Assembly (NCBI GenBank): GCA_028023455.1
Contig: JAQFVV010000006.1
Location: 11,780,001-11,844,000, forward strand
Direction: 5' to 3'
Source of the DNA: Epiperipatus broadwayi
Taxonomy: Eukaryota; Animalia; Onychophora
DNA: 64,000 nt
Made by a program: the position numbers and the translations under genes. The notes beneath the pieces are model-generated. The model was not told the DNA's origin and made no database searches. It saw only the letters and a list, made by a program, of their open reading frames with translations. Below are positions 40,082-55,163 of the stretch, piece by piece (the first letter of the stretch is position 1; every line of letters begins with the position of its first letter).

Positions 40082-40178
40082 GTATGTTATATCACCTAAG
40101 TATATTTTGAGTAGACATTACAAATTTTGTTTATTCAATTAGTTTATATTAACTCTTTTAATATTTTTTTTAATATAG

Positions 40179-40319
40179 TTGCTAGTCATCTTCCGTATCT
40201 TTTTCATATTGTGACGTTCCTTGTGTCGACGGGTCCATTATCACTCCGTGCCTCAACACACGGACTGGTTATTAATATCATTCACTCTCTCTGCACTTGT
40301 ACAAAACCTTCCTTTTCTG
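40179..40319 (+). CDS. Nf1: Neurofibromin exon 13
   Basis: atatag/gtaaat. (V)ASHLPYLFHIVTFLVSTGPLSLRASTHGLVINIIHSLCTCTKPSFS plus 1 nt. Confidence 0.97.
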
Positions 40320-41166
40320 GTAAATTATAAATTATTTATTTGTTGTACAATTTAAAAATTTTAAAAAATATTGAATGAATAATAGGAATTTTTGATTACA
40401 AAGCATAATTTTTATACTTAATATAAAAAAATGTGAATGTGTTTATATATATTAGATCATATATTTTCTTGCATTTATTATGATGTAAAAAAAAATTAAA
40501 GTGTGAAGTCATTTTCATGTAAATAAACTAGAAATGTGTTGTGATAATAATGTTGCTAGGAAACCATCAATCATCATTGTTTGTCCCGAAGACTTAATTA
40601 CTTTTTATTTTAGGTTTCAACAGGACTCCTTTTTTGTATTGAGTTCAATTAAAAATAAAAGGAGATACAGTTTTATTTCTAATCTTTTATTTCTAATCCA
40701 AGTTGTTATATAGGTTTAAACCCAACTAATTATTTTTATAATTATGCGGACTTGAAAGATTCTCAATTTCTCTTAATGTGAATCTTACTAGAGTGTTATT
40801 TATGCTAGATTATTTATTATTTATTATGATGTAATGGATAAGGGGGACTAAATGGATGTATTTTATATATCCAGCTAAAAATATATGATCTAGCATCTTT
40901 GACTTAGTCTTAGATGCAGACATGATGCATGTTGGATAATTTCACTGCGCAAAATTTTTTAGGATCCATATTAAAGGAGATTTTGATTGCAAGAAATATC
41001 AGATATCTGTGTGGTGTTTTTATATCATGATATAAATAAGGGTTATGATGGTGGTTTTTGTTACAATTTATACTTTATGTCATTTAATGGAAGAAGTTTT
41101 TTTTATGTATTATAAACAACATAAGGACAACTCTTATTAACTAATCTTTTTTATTGTATTGCCAAA

Positions 41167-41387
41167 TGTGTATCATATAATATTAAATCATTTATGCACT
41201 TTATCACTATGCTTTAATTACCATCCTCTTTGACAGTTTTGATTGCCGCAGCAATTTTCTTCAGATATAAATAGAAGGAAGTTCTGAAGAAGATTGCTGG
41301 GGCAATGGAGACTGTCAAAGAGGATGGTAATTAAAGCATTGTGAAACTGATAAAGTGTATAAATGATTTAATATTATATTATAGACA
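41167..41387. repeat. Long foldback hairpin (~100-bp arms, 17-nt loop)
   Basis: 41167-41265 pairs with 41283-41387, including a perfect 29-bp core (41209-41237 with 41311-41339). Confidence 0.9.
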
Positions 41388-42043
41388 ACTCTTATTTCTG
41401 GTAAGAGAAAAAGAAGTTAAGAGTTGCTATATTGTCTCTGAGATTCGTGTAGCTATAATAGCGTATGACAATTTGTCACAATTATATCTTGTAGCTGCAA
41501 CAGTTTTATGAACATCTGAGAAGGACTGACTATTGTAATGTTCTAAAGTACATGCCAAAAAACTGATGGAAATGGAACCGCAGGACAGGTTTTTTCTTTG
41601 GTTGTCAGTCTAATCTGAAAATTCATTTTCATTTTTTCTTAATTTTTCATAAGCAGAATATATTTTTTCAATTAAGAGTCCGCATACCATACAATAATAT
41701 TCATAACTAAGTAGTAGTTCGGGAATTATTGAGTTCTAAGTCCAGAAGAAATAAATAGATCTAGAAATCTTTTCCGTCTAAGCGAACTATAATGAATTGT
41801 AAATCATTATAAAGAAAGAATTTGGCATAATCTGTTATCATTACAAAATATATATATATATAGATATGTTTGTATATTTATAAATAAACATTTAAATATA
41901 CTTATATATGCATGTTATGTGTGTATTTTATATTTATGTTTTCTGTCCTATATAATTAAAAATTTGTATATGTATATATTCAAAATGCCAAAGTATTGTA
42001 TATGCTCATATTTATTAGAATTTTTTTTTTTTCTTTTGAGCAG

Positions 42044-42276
42044 AAGAAACTCAGAGGATTTTGCGTTTGAGTTTAACTGAATTTTCTTTACCAAAATTTT
42101 ATTTGCTATTTGGAATCAGCAAAGTTAAATCTGCAGCTGTCACTGCATTCCGTTCAAGCTATCGCCATGGTGATCGTAACACTGATCGTTCATTTATTTA
42201 TTCTCCCTCTGATCAAGAAAAAATGTCTTTGAGTTCTCTGGAAATTGTAACTGATGCATTACTTGAGATTATGGAG
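42044..42276 (+). CDS. Nf1: Neurofibromin exon 14
   Basis: gagcag/gtaaaa. (E)[77 protein letters not shown]. The start could shift by 3 nt either way (tandem AG acceptors). Confidence 0.95.
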
Positions 42277-43359
42277 GTAAAAATTTAATTATCCAGTTAC
42301 TGTGAAATATTGAGTAAATTTTGATTTTAAGTACTGACCTAAATTTGTAGGTTAATTATGATATTTTGTTTTCCATAAAAATTAAAAGATTTTCACCTCT
42401 CACCCCAAATTGTAATAGTGAAATAATAGATAGAGTTGTCCCTTCCCTTTTTATATCTACAAATTTTTAGTTCCATTTTTCTGTGGATAATATCATGCTT
42501 TATTTATATTTTACTAACATAAGTATATGCATATCTATTATGCAAATCAATTAAAAAATTATATACATTAGAGGAACAATAAAAACAATTATCAAAAAAT
42601 AGAATAATGCTATTATGAAAAAGATGGTACAGTAGTAAATCAAGAGAGATATGGATATCGTAACAGATTAACTGTGTGAGATGAGAAAATAACCGAGTAA
42701 GAGATGTTTCATGATATTCTTCATATAGGTGGATTTTCACAAAATTTATGAATTTACATTTATAAATTTCCAAAACTGCGAGTAATGGGTGTGAATATGG
42801 AATGGGAGTGAAGGGCAATTGTTTTAATTGGGATAGATATCAAACTATTGGGGAATTTATTGATAAGCGGAAATGTTTTTAACTTGGAGAGTAGTATTGA
42901 TTATTCGCATATGATCATTCATTTTATGTACCTTTACACTAGAATATTCAATGTTATCCAGCAAGCTGAATATTATACCTATCAGTCTTACAATTTTGTC
43001 ATCAAATTTTTAGAATTTACTGAGCATCCTTAAGTAAAATATTTTCCATATCTTTATATTACGTTATAAGGATACTATATCTTCCTTGCATACAATAAAT
43101 TTAATAACAGTTCTAATTTTGTTACCCATATTTTTTTTTAGTAGATTTTGTGTTGGACATTAGTTTTCATTCATGAGATGATAAGTATACAAGCTAAAAA
43201 TAATTTAAATAATCTGTATGCCATTAATTATAACATTTCTTACTACATGGAAGTAATATCAAAGATGCCTTTTCTGTGCAGGACATTATTTTCAAAGACA
43301 AACATTATACTTAAAATAAAAGAAAAAAGAAGAATTTCTATATTTATTAGCAAATGTTC

Positions 43360-44080
43360 AATAAAATGCATGTGATTGAATACTATGGGATATCTTGTTC
43401 ATCATTAAGTCTGTGTTACTAAATAAAGAGTATTTGATCATGATTTCAATTCGAGAGAAATACAGATGAGTTGCAGCAAACATAATGAAGAAGAATCGTT
43501 CATTAACAACTTTCATGAAATTTATAATGAGTTTAAGATGGGAATAAATGCATTTAAAACTAAAGCAAGGAAATTATTTTCAGATGGAAAAAATAAATGT
43601 TTAAGTGATACTTAGAGATAGGGTAAGTAAGTAGTTTTAGTGTTTGGAGAGTCAGTTCTCTGATAATGGATACAGAGGTAAAATGAGAATTGCAATTCCC
43701 TAGTAATCTTAATAAGGCGAGAACACCATTCTGAAGTCTTTTAAAGTCAAACTAAGAAAGTGACTTGGAAAGCGCTTTGTTTAGAGTGTTGCTTTTTTTT
43801 TTTTTTTGGAGCAGAGACTGCAATTAGAAAAAGTGGGAGAGTTCTGGAAAATAGATTTGGGGAGGATATAGTTCAAAATATTATTGTGTCATTGGAAAAA
43901 AGTATTGGGAAAATCAAGAGAATAGGACATATATTTAAAATTAGAAGAATTCTGAATGTCATATTGAAAAGAATTGTGATAGTGATAAGAAAAGATGTAG
44001 AAAAAAGGAACCAAGAAAGGGGATATTGGCATTTTTATGAAATGATATGATTTGGATAATGGATAAATGCCAATTGTGAG
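43360..44080 (+). mobile_element. Decayed RTE/CR1-like LINE 3' fragment
   Basis: TWKALCLECC..FGAET-like and IGHI..RR remnants on a purine-rich plus strand. Boundaries approximate. Confidence 0.35.
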
Positions 44081-47000
44081 TGGAAATTCCTTTTTTGTCT
44101 GACAGTTTTGAAATTTTTTTTGATATATTGTATATAATAAATAAATCACACAATATAAAATGAAATATTTTTATCTAACAGCAATAATTGTATATATATA
44201 ATAAAAATAATATGAAAAGCTTTGTTTTGGCAAATATTATTTTTTTGCCCCTTTTTCAATATGATGGAACTATTTTACAGCTTTAATTAAATTACATTGC
44301 ATACATAGTGATATCTATCTTTTTATTAAAGGCTTTTATTTAAGATACAATCTCTGTTGGTTGGTTGATTGATTGATTGGTTTGTTTGTTTGAAAACACT
44401 TATATTGAATAAAGTTTTAAAATTGAGATTTAATATATTTATCTTCAATATAATTTGTTCAAATTTGGTATATTTGATATAAATAACTGGCAATACAATA
44501 TGACACAAATATTTTAAATTAGTTTCCAAATTTTTTAAATCCAAAAGAATTGATAAACAAAATTTCAAATATTTCGATTTCAAATATGTTCATATCACTT
44601 CAATAAGTGTTCATTAATTAATGTATGCGAGAAAGCGGTATATATATATTTTAAAAAAACTTTATTTTAAAAAGTATTTTTACAATCTTTTAAAATTGAA
44701 ATAAAAACAAATCTTGATTATGAAAGTTTCTTTTTTAAAAAAGCACGACATATTTTTTATTTTGACTGTAAAAATTGATTTTTTGAAATGTTTTTCAAAT
44801 AATCAAATTATATCTGTAAATGGTTTTTAATCCGTATGACTTTACTTTCAAATATTAAGCAGATTGCTACATTATCAGTGATACATGTGAGAAGGCGATA
44901 TATATTGTGACACATATATATATATATGTGTTATATAGAATGATTTAAAAATAAAATTTAGAAAAAAAGTATATTTTTTAAAAAAAAAAATAAAAAAAGA
45001 CAGTTGATTGATTAAGGAAAAATAGAAATATATTTTTCTTTAAATAAAATCAAAAGATGGGGTAAAGCCTATTAAGATGGAGTTTTGTTTCAAAAAATTA
45101 ATATTTAAAAGAACACTTATCTGCTCTGTTAACTGAAGAAAAAAAAATTCCAATGGATTATAAAAAACAAAAGAATAAATTTAACTGTGTAAAAGTATTA
45201 TAAAGTTATCTTTGAAAGAATTTCATTGTATAAACAAAAATTGAAACTAGGTAATTAGGATCTACTGAAGTATTAAAATTTCTGGTGCACCAAATTTCTT
45301 TCCACTTCTTATTTGCATTGATTAATTATATACATATAATACATCATATATTCCTTAATTAACATTTTCCAGTGCACTTTTAACATATTATTTATTTTAT
45401 TTATTTTTTAAACTAGTAAAGTTTAAAAGAGTGCTGATGATGACTGCAGGGCAGTTGAAACTGTAAGCAAGAAGAAATAAATCATATGTTAAAAGTGCAT
45501 TGTAAAGTGTTAATTAAGGATTATATGGTGTATGATATATATATAATTAGGATCTAATTAAACATATCTAATTTGTGTAAATTATCTGATCAGAAAGAAT
45601 TGGGTTTTATTAGAAATTAATATTTCCAACTGATTAGATAATAAGTTTGATCAAGTTGTAATTAAAAAATAAGAAGAGAAGATTAACTAATTAAAAGAAT
45701 TTGAAAAACTAATTAATAACGTGGGTGGTCTCAATGCATGGCAAAGGTATAAAAGCTACCAATTTCCTATTGTTTTTTTACTTCTGACAAGTCTTGCTGA
45801 ATATTCTTTTAAGAGTCCATCATTTAGTTTGGGTTACATTGTTAAGCATTCTGCTGCCCGTTTGCTTTGTAAAATTTCTCACCCATCTATCATATTTGCG
45901 GACATCTTAACCTTATCACGTACGGCTAAGCCGTAGAGGGGTGCTCATTTGAGTTTCACTGCCTGGTTTCTTTTACATCTGATGCCTGACATGTAGTAAA
46001 AACCTTTCTCTACCATTGCTGAGATCCATGTCTGTAAATATAGACATTATTGAAAGCAAGACCAAGATATGTGCCAACCTGAATTAGAGGAGCAAACAGC
46101 TGTCAAAAGAAACTAGGAACACCAGATAATGAACTCCATTACCTTAAGATGAGGAGGGGGGTGATCACTTCCAGAAACAAAGCTATAACAAAACCTTAGG
46201 TAAATATAAAATATCGAATTCAATATCTAGACAAATTGTTATTCGTTTGAAACTTTATAACCAAAAGCAATTGGGTTGTTTATCGTTATTTTATAAATGA
46301 ACTAATCCTTAGCAAAGAAGGCCATAATTAATTTATTTCACTTTCATTTGACTATTATGTTAATGATTTACTTTTGTTTTGGGTGTTTGTAAATAAATGT
46401 GTTATTTTTAGTTTGTTAATTTGGCTTAGTTCTCTCTCTCCACACCTCACCATATAACATTTTAATTAACATGTAATAGTATTAAGTAAACTTAGTGTTA
46501 ATTATATACATGTGTTATGACTATACTTGCTCTGATAGTCTTTAAGCCAGTTTCCTGCTCTTTCTACTAGCCAGGTAAAATCACGGACCAGAAGCATTTT
46601 AAAACCCTTGTTTTGAGGATATTCTAATCAGTCTTCGCTCGATGACACCCGGGAATCATTTCAATAGAAATAAAAATATCCTTAGAAGAGATGTTTGCTT
46701 TTTGTAGTCATAACGCGAGTGTAACAATGTGGAAATATAGTTGTGGGTCATATATTTTACTATCCCCAGCTAACTGTTGATTTGGCTGATATAGAGAAAT
46801 ATTAACTACATTAACTTCTCTAAAATTAAAAATAATATATATTATAAATCATTACTTTTATTTACGTTGTACTAAAAAAATAAATTGTTTTTTCAACTAC
46901 ATTTGGGGTTTTATATTTAACTTGAATAAAAGTGTGTGGAATACAGAAATTAATTAAATTAATTCTTATTTTTTATAACAAGACATTGACATAATTCATT

Positions 47001-50000
47001 TCTGGACCTCCCCAGGTCTCCATACTCTTATTTCAAGTTAAAGACAAAAAAATCCAATTGTGTTTGAAGAAACAATTTTTATTTTTTTTTAAGTGCAAAG
47101 TAAATAAAAGTGCTGATTATTTTTTATATCTCTTTATATATACAATTAGCTAGAACCAGTTATAACAATAATACAATATGTACAAAAAAAATCTGTATAA
47201 ATGTCTATTATATAATTTTCCATTTATTTTTCATTAGCCAATTATTAGTTAAATTAATTGATATTTTATATTGTAGCGGTCAAGTTTGTATAATCTGCTA
47301 ACATGACCGAAAGACCAAGCAGAGACCCTCAACCAGTATACACAGGACTATCCCATGATCCTAGTTTAAACCCCTACCTAGGCTTCCTAGTCTCTATCAC
47401 ATAATCAACACTCTTGATGTGACACAGCTTCCCTTCTTCATACAGTGCAACGTAGCTCAGGGTTCAAACATAAACTCTTTTCTCAGGTTTCTTTCATCGA
47501 CTCGGGAGCTTATACACAGTAGCACTCACTATGGCGTGTTGATTGCTCTATTACCTATACGTTTATTAACCTGTACTTTAACGCTTCAGGGATTTGATCA
47601 TTTCATATGATTATAATGGTAACGCTATAATAATAATTTACAAAACCCATGGATGTGCCTGTTTAGCAACTTAATAATTTTACTTAATACTATATAATAA
47701 TTTTGTAGTTCTGACTTACAAATGACACAATTAATTAATTAATAATGATAAGATTTATTACAGGGATTGATATAATGATTAGGTAGCTTACAGATTTGTT
47801 AACATAAGAGGAATCTGCTGGTGTTTACATAATTTAGATAAAGATGATGGTGGCTTCCAGAGAACAACGTGTGCCCTATTTAATTGGAAGACAGCTATCA
47901 GACATTATGGATTTGAAACTCTAATCAATTATATATTTATGCTTAAAGGAGAATTGTGATTGGGTTCGATTTCAAGGTTACCCTAGGGTTACTAATAAAC
48001 ACAGGTGAAGGTTACTGATTAATAATTAATTGAACATTGCAGTACTACCCTAAGCAAATGGTGTCAAAGGCAAGAAACAATAATAAAGATCGTCTGAATG
48101 ATTAGATGACATGGTTCACTTATGAGTGAGGATGTCCTTGGTAGCAGGGGTGCTCCTGCTTCTAACAGAGAGTGCGTACCAATGAAGAAGACTAGGATGT
48201 GCTAAATCTACAGTTTGAGGGTCATGAGCAGTCTTCGGCTCCACGCAGAACCTAGACAGTGCTAATACCTTGATTAGTAACCCGGGCATGGAAGGAGGAG
48301 TATGGCCTGCACTTCTCGCAGACCTAAGCAAGTAAACCATGCAGCGAAGCGGAGGTAATGAAATCACTAATAATAATAATAATATCATTGCAACATATAA
48401 AGAGAGGCAGGAACACAATAAGACAAAACTATCATTTAATAAATCTTTCACCTGCACTAAAAATAATATTATGAAATTCATTTGATAACAAGTATCCCTA
48501 TTTAACCACATATGATTCGTTATTATAAAATAAAACCCTTTCATAATACACCACTTATTAATAAATCTTAAACCTGAAAATCTAATATTATAACATTTAA
48601 AATGATGTGAAAATTAATTACTCATAATGCAGACTGATAGCAGGATCCATTATTTATTACATTAGCTATACGAGAATTGCGGTTTGTTTTACATATATAT
48701 TATATGGTGTATATAGGCAATGCGACACGGACATTCAAATAAATTGTTAATATTACTTTCACGTAACAAATTTTTAATTATAACAAAGAGGAATCATTAA
48801 TATTACTTTCCTTACATAACATAATTTTAACTATAGGTAGAATTATTAATATTGACTTTATGTGAAGTAAGATTTTAAACATAACATAATTAATATATAT
48901 ATATATTCATTGCAGATATTTTTAATTATAAAAGACACTTAATGTGGGAGTTGGATTGTATCTTTATAGGGCAACACAATAAACAAAATTTTTATATAAT
49001 TGATTACTAAAAATATGCTTGCCATCTTTCAATAATTCTTTAAATAATTCTAAGGAATCGAAAATAACTTAACTTGACATGATGGGGGTGAATAAGAGTA
49101 AGAACAGAAATCAGGTTAGATATGTTTTGTTATTACTTTAATTTTTACAGCTTTAACTTTAGAATCTTCTCAACTCGCACTATTCCTTGGGATATTTGAG
49201 AGCAAAGAAGCATGAACACATATAATGATTTAAAATTTAACTCCCCACACCATTCAAGTTAATATAAATAAAAATGCAAAATGTATCTCTAATTGCTAAG
49301 TAATTAAAACCAGTATATTTAGTATAAACAAGAAATATATAAATTTTAATAAGTTATGACTATCGAAAAAAGAATATTAAATAATTGAGTTACAGTGATT
49401 AATGATTATAAAGGTTCTCAGAACTTTTTCCGCGCAGCTTGATCAAATGATTCTTGGTCTTCGGGACTTACATGTCATTGGAGGGAGGTAGATGGAGCTT
49501 GATGATGGAATGGAACTATCTTCAGGGATGCTGGGCTTCGCCGATGACCATGGAGAAGCCGACGCCTCACTACTCACTCATGGTGGCAGATACTTTAAGC
49601 ATATCACTTGAATTACTAATAAGCAGGATTGGAACAAATCAGAATAATAAATTAATGGATGCTGAAAATTTCTCAAAAATATATTAGAATTCTGCCTGTC
49701 TCTTAATCAAAATATTTAGCTGAATAATCAAACAATGCCCCATTTCCCACTTTCATTCTCTTCTTATCTGCCTGGGGTCTATCTCGTCAGCTCTTAGTGA
49801 ATTAACTTTATTTTTTTTTTAATTGATATTCCATATGTTTTTTACTTCCTCATACTCGTATGCAGCCACACTGATTTCCTTTCCTTTGTTTTACTTTACA
49901 TTTTTACACCTTAAAATATGCACAGATTTTAAAGGTGTTTAACTGTAACTATTTTTATCCGCTTGTCTCTCGATAATGAAATAAGGCATGTACGCTTCCT

Positions 50001-53000
50001 TTGATAATGGCTTCTTTCAATTACCTGCCCTCCCATTGTCTGCAATACGTTAGCATTTCTCTAGTTAATTGATCATGCTTTTACCAAGATACTTTCTTTT
50101 AACTTAACATATGGGCGTGACTTAAAGAATAACTTTTAACTTTTAAAAATGTAAAAATTGTGCGCACACATGTGCATATTATTGTGTGCGGATATAAAGG
50201 ACTATATTATATATGATGGGAAAGTAAGCTAAGTTTAAGCAAACATGAAGCAAGCATATTTGCATGCAGATATAGTTGTGTTTGTTGTAGTTAATATAAT
50301 TTCTTTCATATATTTTTTTTTATTAAATTCTTTAATATAGTTTAAAAGTTTTGTATATATTGTATTATTATTAAAATTAATTCTAGTTAATTTTATATAT
50401 AAAAAAGGTGGATGTTGCTATGTGTGCAATGTGAATTGAAGATTTAAAATAGTTCTATCACATTGAAAAGGGCAAAAAAATATTTGTTGAAAAAAAATTT
50501 TTCTGTATTTTTTTTATTGTATACAATTATTTTGTTATATAAAGATATTTTACTTTGTGCGGTTTACTTAAATAAATTGAAAAGCAATATTATGGGTTAA
50601 ATTTCTTTCTATTTTTGATGATTCCAAATAAAATACGTTAAAATTAAGCATAAATGTTAACGTTTACAAAGTATGAAAGAGAATTTTACTTTTTTTCACG
50701 CTTTTTTTGCACATGCAGAGTATTGTCAATATTTTTCTTAGAGAACTGCCAAGGAGTTATCCACTTACATCAATGCACATATGGCCTGATTAGGATTGGT
50801 TATATGATTATAAGAATTGAAGCAGTCATGTGATGTCTTGTTGGTAGTTATTTGGAGTGGTTTGTGGATCATATTTTGATCATGGTTGAAGATGTTGATG
50901 ATTCATACATAACTATGTGGGCCAAAGTCTTATTTGCCATTTTTTAACAATCTGATATATATTGAATAAAGTTTTTTTTTTTTTGTTGGGCTTAGGTCAG
51001 TATTGTATACTGATCAAATGTTGATTGGTAAACAGTTTGCAAATTATTATTGTCATCTGTAAATATTTGTAAACAAATATGACCATTTAGATTCTAGAAG
51101 AAAGACAGAGGAAAAGAGGGAAATGATTGGAATCAAAACTGTGAATATTTCAAAAACAAATGTGCTTGCATGATCTGCATACCATGCAGATAGATGACAG
51201 AGACTTGAGAAACTTATGATAAACAAATGCTATAGTAATCGATATAATTAAAGATAGTAAAATAAAAAAAATGCAAAGACAATGATAGAAAAAAAAAATT
51301 CATGATGATTATTTTTTTTATAAACGTTAATAATTATTAGTTAATTAAGAAGACGATGACTTTCATTTTTTATTCAGTCATATATAAATGTTTGTAAATG
51401 AAGTAATATTGTAAATTTATTTTTAAAGAATTACACAATTTTGCGTTAGGTGCAGTAAATAATATTTACAAAATATACTAGGTACCATTTGCAATCAAGA
51501 TAGCATAAATTTGATTATGGAAATGTGCATTAGTTATATTTAAATATTGGGGTGGGTGGGGGTATTTTGGTCCGTCCCCCCCCAAAAAAAAAAATCTTAC
51601 ATATAATGGAAGAAAATAGATTCTTATTTCAAACAAATTCAGAAAAATATTTGGCTGGCAGAAAATTTTCGTCACATTTTTTTTTTTTTTGAAACAGTCT
51701 ATTGATGGGTTGGGGGTGTGTGTGTCAAATTTTAATTTGTGATTTTTTTTCTTTTAATGATATTTAATATACTGTGCCAGGCATTATCAAATGGCCTTGC
51801 ACAAAGTCTATATTAAGCACAACAAATATAAAAATGTGCTAGATTAATAATGGAGGTTGAGTCTGAGCAGTAGAATACCCACACACACAAATTTAAATAT
51901 TGTACACGTATAATAAACTCATGTATTTTTTTTTTTATATTTTTCTATTTTGTATATTTTTTATGATATATCACTTTATGTATTTGGCTTTTTTCTGAAA
52001 AATTCAAATAGAGAAAGGCAAACTTATTAAACAAATGAATCAAATGTTGGAACATATTAGTAAAATAAATAATTAAAGCAATTGTTCCAACATACTTGTA
52101 TATTTTTCATTTTTTTTAATTACTTCTCTAAAAACAAATTTTATTCTATAAACAAAGAATGTTAATTACTTTTGCAAAAAGCTGATCAAAAGCAAAATGT
52201 TTGATAATGCTATAATTAAAATGTTATCTTTTTTTTTTTTTTGAGTAATAATAGCTGTAATCAAGTGGTCTGGGTTTTTCAAGATGGAAACCAAACATTG
52301 TATCAAACCCTAAAATGTAAAATTTAATCGGAAAAATCGTAAGCAATGTTATAATCTAAGTGATAAGCCAAATTAAAAGGACTGGCTGATTCATTCTTCT
52401 CAGAGGGATATATGAATTGGTTTTTATTAGTGGGATTGATAGTGCTGTGGGATTCATTCTTTCTTTGGCAGTCGTTCTGGGCAAGTCATTCACTACTTTG
52501 GCTTCAGAATTGGTAAATCATCTAGCTACTTGGAGATTAATTTATGGAGTAGACTACAGCAGATAATTTCTAAGAAGAAATCCATTGTACAGTTCTTTTA
52601 AGAACTAATGATTTCTTAAGATTTAATGAACCAGTCAAGATAGCAAATGAACATTTAATAAAATTTATGTTCATATACAAACAGAGGAAAATATGAAGCA
52701 ATCTACCTGAGAGTCCAGTAAAATGACCGTGGGGTAGACAACCAGCCAGCGCACCGCCCTTTCTCTGTCCCAAGCCGCCAAGATGTGACCACGCCGGTTC
52801 CAGCCGCCCATGATGATGACAAACGCCGCCTTGCTAAATAGATGAAATCCTCACTACACAGCCAGTTGACTTGAAGCCCACTCAGAGCCCAGAGGAGAAG
52901 AATGAAGACGCAGACATAAGTTTATTTTAAGATATTTTATTAATATTGAAATAATTAACTTTGATATTTCTGATTAAATATATTATTATTTTTTTGTTAT

Positions 53001-54666
53001 TATTATTAATCATTTAAAAAAGAGAGAGAGTCTCTCGCGTACGTATATTGAATTTACGGTTATTACGGGCATAAATGATAAAGCTTTTACTTAAATCTTT
53101 TGAGTCAATTTTTTTATTTTAAATTCTAGTATTTTCAACAAAGATTGCAATGAGATTCTTTTTTTTTTTTGTTGCTATTCGTTTTGCTCTTGTTGTTATT
53201 CCTGAAATTCGTCATATATAAATATACATGTGTATATATGCGTACATACGCTTATAATATTCGGTAAATACGATATCTCATGTTGAATATCTAAAAAATG
53301 TATTTAACCGTATATCTTTTTTTTTTTAAGTTATTTTTTTTGTCATTGCTGCACCTCATGATGCGTGTAAGAAGGGATTGACCTATTATAGATTCCCTGT
53401 AAGCAAGTACTCTAATAACTTTATATTTAAATAATAGTAAGTGTATAATTGTGCTGCACGTATATACATGTATAGGAATTTATCTATAGCAAAAGGGAAA
53501 TAGATACAGTACCTTATGGTGAGTACGATATAGTATCTGAGCCAATGCAACCTTGTTGACTTGTTGAAAAATATGAAATTAGTGAAATATCTCATATTGA
53601 AAATATACGTATGCATAGTTTTTTTATTATTATTATTTTTGCTATCAATAAAAAGGTTTTAAAGTACTGAGTAAAAGCGTATGCCTGTATGACCAAAAAT
53701 CTCATATCTGTATATCAAATCACACAAAGTAAAATTTATTTCTACAGGGTAAAAGGAGCTCAGACCACTTCCATTACTTATAAAACATTGTAAATAGCTT
53801 TAGGGATTTATTGTTTTTCTTATTTAAAATTGTATTTTATCTATTTCAATGCCTCGAATATATATATGGGTTTGTGATCATTAATTATTTAGTATTTTTT
53901 TTTTTATTATATCATCATTAGTATGAAACGGTGGTGGGTATTTGGGATTAAATAAATATTTAATCATAATATTAAACTTGTTTCGTTTTCATATTATTAT
54001 TTATATTGATAAAAATGTGTCATTTCCTTATCAACCACGTACCTATAATAATCATTTAACTTACCCATTTGAAGACCCTAGATGTAGAGTGACCGAGCTA
54101 GCCACAAGGGATATCGCTCTACCGGGGTGTTAAATCTTATTCTTATGCTCCGCTGAACATATGGTATTGCACATCCTTCTAGGAGGGTGAAAAAAATTCA
54201 TTTTTTGATTCTTTTCTAGAAGTGGCGCGCAAAAGTCTATTTTGTAAATAGATTTTTCAAAGGTGTGTACTTGCCATTGTTCTAAATATTCGGGCATTCA
54301 AGTAAGATATCAACTAAAGGGTGTTTTTAACTGGAAGAGTCCTGTCAATCCACTCTTTCTATCAATTTAGCTGGAAGTACCAATATACATGAGTACAGAC
54401 AATCGGCTAAATTGATATCTATTTCTTTACCTGTTGAATCTTGGTCACTTCATGCTCAGTGCAAGATTAGGAAAAGAATTCCGCAGGGAGTATGGTCCGG
54501 TACAATACATTTATGTCAATGTAGTCAAAAATCAATGAAACATGTTTTTTTTTTTTTTTAATGTTATTTAAATTTGTTTTTATTAACATTCTAATGTATT
54601 CTATAATCATGATATTTATTTATAAATGCAGCCGTAACTTATTTTTTAAAAAATAAAATATTTTAG

Positions 54667-54728
54667 GCATGTATGAGAGACATTCCAAATTGTGATTGGT
54701 TAGTTAAATGGACGAATTTAGCCAAAAG
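54667..54728 (+). CDS. Nf1: Neurofibromin exon 15
   Basis: ttttag/gtaaga. ACMRDIPNCDWLVKWTNLAK plus 2 nt. Confidence 0.96.
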
Positions 54729-54809
54729 GTAAGAATGTAGTTATCAATTTTTTTTATTATTTATTTTAGCAACTATTTCTAATAATTAATGCCGTTATTT
54801 ATCTTTTAG

Positions 54810-54924
54810 TTTTGCATTTCGATATAATCCTTCTCTTCAACCGAGGGCTTTGATTGTGTTTGGCTGTATTAGCAAGGCTGTTATGGATAGAGATATCAAG
54901 CAGTTGTTAAGGATATTGGTTAAG
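54810..54924 (+). CDS. Nf1: Neurofibromin exon 16
   Basis: ttttag/gtatgt. (S)[38 protein letters not shown]. Confidence 0.97.
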
Positions 54925-55163
54925 GTATGTTACTTTTTTTTTTTTTTATAAATCAGAGCATCAAAATGGTCTCTATGAAATTGAAAATTATGTATAGTCA
55001 AAAACTGCCTATTATATATATATATATAATCTAATATGATTTCACAGCGAGTTTAATAAAAGGCACTTTAATGCTTTGATTTATAAATCACATATGTTAT
55101 AGCTGTTTAGTTTTATGAAATGTAACTATTTAAACATTAATATTTAATATTCATATTTTTTAG

